From: Armatimonadota bacterium
GTDB lineage: Bacteria; Armatimonadota; Zipacnadia; Zipacnadales; UBA5352
Length of the DNA: 19,192 nt
Assembly: GCA_034722055.1 (NCBI GenBank)
Contig: JAYENL010000298.1
Coordinates: forward strand, 1 to 19,192
Direction of reading: 5' to 3'
Shown here one piece after another: positions 16,472 through 19,192 of this stretch; the stretch's first letter is position 1; the number at the start of each line of letters is the position of its first letter. The translations under genes and the position numbers were made by a program. The notes below the pieces were generated by a model. That model saw nothing but the letters and a program-made list of their open reading frames with translations, ran no database searches and was not told where the DNA came from.

Positions 16472-17548
16472 TCAACCTTCGCCCAGCGACCGCTCCAGGC
16501 GCTCCATGTTGACGCGGACGACCTGGTCGTCGGGGTACCGCGCCCGGAGCTGTTGCCAGACCGCCAGCGCCTCCCGGGGGTGACCGGCCTTCTCCAACGC
16601 GTGGGCGTGCGGGCGGGCGAACTCCCGGGGGCAGCCCAGCTCCCTGGCACGGCCCAGCAGAGGCACGGCGTCCTCATACTGCTTGAGGGCGTTGAAGTAG
16701 TAAAAGCCCAGCTCCCAGTTGGTCTCCCAGCTATCCGGCAGTATCTGCACACCGCGGCGATAGGCGCCAAGGGCCTCGCGGTCACGGTCAAGGCTCCAGT
16801 AGAGGTAGCCGGCGTTGCCGTAGCCGTCGGCCCAGGTGGGATCCAGCCATACGGCGGTCTCCAGGCAGCGCAGGATCTGGGGGTACTCCCCGGCGTGCCA
16901 CCACCAGTCGGTCTCGGCGATGATGTAGTTGGTGAGCCGGAAGATCGTGTCGTCAAGCGTCAGCTCCTCCTCCAGCTCCCACGCGACCTCAGCCTCGGCA
17001 GGCTCCCACGTCCGCTCAGCGGCTTCCTCGGCGAGGGTCCGCACGAGCTCATCGGAATCGTTACGGGTCAGGCGCTGGATATCGCTCGCCCAGAGGTTGC
17101 GGCCTATCGCCTCCACCGCCCAGAACCGGACCCACCAGCGATTGCCCACCAGCGCTGATTTCGCCGCGTGCAGCCCGCGCCAGTCACCCATCCGCATCAG
17201 TGCGACGCCGGCGAACTGGCGGACCTCGCGGTCGGGGTCGTCCAGCATCTCCGCCAGCGTGTCAAGCGCGGAGCGGTCGGCGACCTGGCCCAGCAGAAAG
17301 CAGCAGCGGGCACGGACCTGGGCGTCCTCATGGTCCAGGCCCTCAGTGAGCCGCGGGACGGCCCAGACGTGGCCCTCAAGCACCGGGATGGGCAACACAC
17401 GGGAGCCGTGGATCGGCTCTCCGGCGATCACGAATGGCGCCCTCCCGGAGTCGGGGCGCTCCGGCGGCTCCGCTGCTTCGTCGGCGACAGCGGGAATGAT
17501 CGTCAGGACTGCAACGGCGACCAGAATCGAGCGCTGAAGGATGCTCAA
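16472..17548 (-). CDS. Secreted HEAT-repeat plus TPR protein, ~358 aa
   Basis: Probable TTG start at 17548 overlaps the upstream TGA (TTGA) and follows GGTGA. Signal peptide ends PAVA-D. PBS-lyase-type HEAT repeats (D..VRA...LG, LDDPDREVRQFAGVAL, WWVRFWAVEAIG) are followed by TPRs (LDP..ADGYGNAGYLY, LPDSWETNWELGFYY, AHALEKAG..EALAVW). Confidence 0.8.
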   Translation of the reverse strand: MSILQRSILVAVAVLTIIPAVADEAAEPPERPDSGRAPFVIAGEPIHGSRVLPIPVLEGHVWAVPRLTEGLDHEDAQVRARCCFLLGQVADRSALDTLAEMLDDPDREVRQFAGVALMRMGDWRGLHAAKSALVGNRWWVRFWAVEAIGRNLWASDIQRLTRNDSDELVRTLAEEAAERTWEPAEAEVAWELEEELTLDDTIFRLTNYIIAETDWWWHAGEYPQILRCLETAVWLDPTWADGYGNAGYLYWSLDRDREALGAYRRGVQILPDSWETNWELGFYYFNALKQYEDAVPLLGRARELGCPREFARPHAHALEKAGHPREALAVWQQLRARYPDDQVVRVNMERLERSLGEG

Positions 17549-18312
17549 CAGGTCATCACCAACTCGGCCAACTGATTGAGAACGTATTCGGGCGGCGCCA
17601 TACGCGACAGGTAGAGCGTCAGGCCCAGGGCCCAGCCCACCAGCAGGAGGGTGCCGACGACTCCGAAGACGATGCCGGCGACAGCGACCGGACCGGCTCC
17701 GCGGCGGCTGGCGCCAACCCCCAGCCAGATGGCCACGATCCCCAGCAGCCCGAGCGCGCCGCAGGTCAGCACAGAGGCCAGCCCCAGGCCGAACGCCCAC
17801 CAGGCGGTGGACATGACCTCAGGGGGCGCCGGGGGCGCGGCTGGCCGCTGGGCCGGCGCAGGCCTGGTCGGCTGTCCGGTCATCGGGGCCCCGGGCCTCG
17901 GGGTCGGCTCCGCCTCGGACTCCGACGGCAGCAGGCGCCCGCGGCAGTTCCAGCACACCTGCTCGACCTCGTACACAGCCTCGCCGCAGTGCGGGCAGCG
18001 GCGGACATCATCGGCCGGCACGCCGCCCTCCTGGCGCTGGACGTCCTCGGCCGCCTGCTCCAGCGGAGTCTCCGGCCCGACGCGTGGCTCCTCACGTGGC
18101 TCTCCGGGCCCTGCATCGCCCGGCGCCACGCCCGCCGGCCCGGCTGCCTCAGGCGGCTGCGGGGCCTCACCCTCGCGATCGGATGGCTGCCGCCCCTCCG
18201 GCGTCTCCGCCGAGGGCGACCGCGGCGACAGCTCGCGGCCGCACTCAGGGCAGTAGCGCGCGGCCTCATCAGCGATGCGAACGCCACAGTGGCGACAGAA
18301 GCGCTGGGGCAT
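17545..18312 (-). CDS. Double zinc-ribbon membrane protein with a C-terminal DUF4190-like helix pair, 255 aa
   Basis: ATG 18312 follows GGGAGGG. It has CRHCG...YCPECG and CPHCG...CWNC motifs separated by Pro/Glu-rich linkers, then two TM helices (AFGLGLASVLTCG..GIVAIWLG...AVAGIVFG). Confidence 0.85.
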   Translation of the reverse strand: MPQRFCRHCGVRIADEAARYCPECGRELSPRSPSAETPEGRQPSDREGEAPQPPEAAGPAGVAPGDAGPGEPREEPRVGPETPLEQAAEDVQRQEGGVPADDVRRCPHCGEAVYEVEQVCWNCRGRLLPSESEAEPTPRPGAPMTGQPTRPAPAQRPAAPPAPPEVMSTAWWAFGLGLASVLTCGALGLLGIVAIWLGVGASRRGAGPVAVAGIVFGVVGTLLLVGWALGLTLYLSRMAPPEYVLNQLAELVMTC

Positions 18313-18419
18313 CACAGGCCCTCCCGGCGGCCCCGGCTGTATCCTCGAAGACAGGTTCGCCACGGAGCGGTGCAAGCCCTGCCATGGTGCCGCCGGACCT
18401 CGGGTTTGTGGGCGGGAGG

Positions 18420-18613
18420 CTCCGGTCAGCGAGACCGGAGGGCCGACTTCGTCGGGCTTGACAGCCCTCCTCAGGACGGCCCCTCCGACCACCTCTGCCG
18501 TGCCGTGAGGAGGGACGGACTCTCCTGCCCGGCTGGCCGTTGTCGTTGGGGGGTCGATCGGGCGGGAAACGGCGCACGGACAAGAGGTGTCCGTGGCACG
18601 GAACTGCAACGAC
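18420..18613. repeat. Run of hairpins and REP-like elements in the divergent intergenic region
   Basis: CTCCGGTC/GACCGGAG (18420-18440); CCGAC-TTC-GTCGG (18443-18455); CCCTCCTCA/TGAGGAGGG (18465-18514); and the REP copy at 18568-18613. Confidence 0.7.
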
Positions 18614-18721
18614 CGGCCTGGAACGGAGGCCAGCCCACCGAAACGCCACGCCGAAGGGGCGACCGCGCTGACTGGCGCGTTCGAGCGGGATTACGGGCTC
18701 GCATGGAGGGGCGCGCGGGCC

Positions 18722-18750
18722 TTGAGAGCGGACGGGAAACGCAGTATAAT
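18722..18750 (+). promoter_or_regulatory. Sigma70-type promoter upstream of the CBS gene
   Basis: TTGAGA (18722-18727), a 17-bp spacer and TATAAT (18745-18750), conspicuous in GC-rich DNA. Confidence 0.8.
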
Positions 18751-18774
18751 GCGCTTTGATAGCACACACCCACG

Positions 18775-18810
18775 CCGGGGTCCGCTGCCACGGCGGTCTC
18801 CGGGCTTTTT
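18775..18810 (+). terminator. Intrinsic terminator-like hairpin within the putative 5' leader
   Basis: CCGGGGTCCGCTG-CCA-CGGCGGTCTCCGG forms a 13-position stem with one mismatch and two G-U pairs, followed by GCTTTTT. Confidence 0.55.
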
Positions 18811-18849
18811 CGTGTTGCGTCCCCGCGACGATTCGCAGGAGGCGCCCCC

Positions 18850-19192
18850 ATGATCGCAGGCGAGCTCGTGCAGACAGACGCCCCCACGCTGTCACCGGAT
18901 GACACCATCGCTGAGGCCGCTGAGGTGCTGACGAGGTACGAGCACAGCAACCTCCCGGTGGTGGATGAGGAGGGGAGGCTGGTTGGCGCTCTGGGCGAGG
19001 AGGACATCCTGGCGCTGGCGCTACCCACCTCGGCCGCGGAGCTGGATCGCCTCAGCGACCTGCCCCGCTGCTACGGCCTGCGCAACCTCGAGGACGAGGC
19101 GCTGCGGGAGACTCCGGTCGGCGACGTGATGCGCCGGGAGGGGTTCGTGACGGTGGAGGAGGAAGAGCTGGTGGCGCAGGCGGCGCTGCTGA
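18850..19192 (+). CDS. CBS-domain protein, truncated by the window edge (not in the ORF track)
   Basis: ATG 18850 follows AGGAGG. Hand translation gives MIAGELVQTDAPTLSPDDTIAEAAEVLTRYEHSNLPVVDEEGRLVGALGEEDIL...PVGDVMRREGFVTVEEEELVAQAALL, containing the CBS motifs LPVVD..G.LVG and V.DVM. Confidence 0.9.
   Translation, partial: MIAGELVQTDAPTLSPDDTIAEAAEVLTRYEHSNLPVVDEEGRLVGALGEEDILALALPTSAAELDRLSDLPRCYGLRNLEDEALRETPVGDVMRREGFVTVEEEELVAQAALL

Noticed and set aside
18458..18463. TTGACA as a -35 element
   Set aside because: No -10 hexamer lies at 16-18 bp spacing, and it sits across the loop of a REP-like hairpin.
18313..18609. N-terminal extensions of track ORFs 17545..18609, 16472..17800 and 14356..16383
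   Set aside because: Downstream starts at 18312, 17548 and 16332 have RBSs or stop-start overlaps and begin at recognisable domains or signal peptides.

Overview
A high-GC bacterial window, apparently from a diderm; the gene style suggests Armatimonadota or a relative, which is inference only. From left to right it contains five blocks. (1) About 700 bp of non-coding DNA packed with REP/REPIN-like palindromes, including a 121-bp-period tandem duplication. (2) A minus-strand carbohydrate ABC transporter (lipoprotein SBP plus two permeases, no ATPase). (3) A second REP mosaic and a near-consensus sigma70 promoter leading into a tightly coupled six-gene plus-strand envelope operon: a ~1114-aa predicted outer-membrane beta-barrel with SprA-like motifs, a 995-aa secreted protein with a degenerate gluzincin motif and a FlgD-Ig/T9SS-like C-terminal domain, two carboxypeptidase-regulatory-like repeat lipoproteins, and lptC- and lptA-like genes with no lptB. 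(4) Three minus-strand genes: an OPT-like transporter, a secreted HEAT+TPR protein, and a double zinc-ribbon/DUF4190-like membrane protein. (5) A third hairpin-rich intergenic region with a strong promoter, a terminator-like leader and a CBS-domain gene cut off by the window edge. The most interesting element is the envelope operon, which looks like a compact T9SS-related translocon plus cargo module linked to the Lpt bridge. All family assignments come from visual motif recognition, not database searches.
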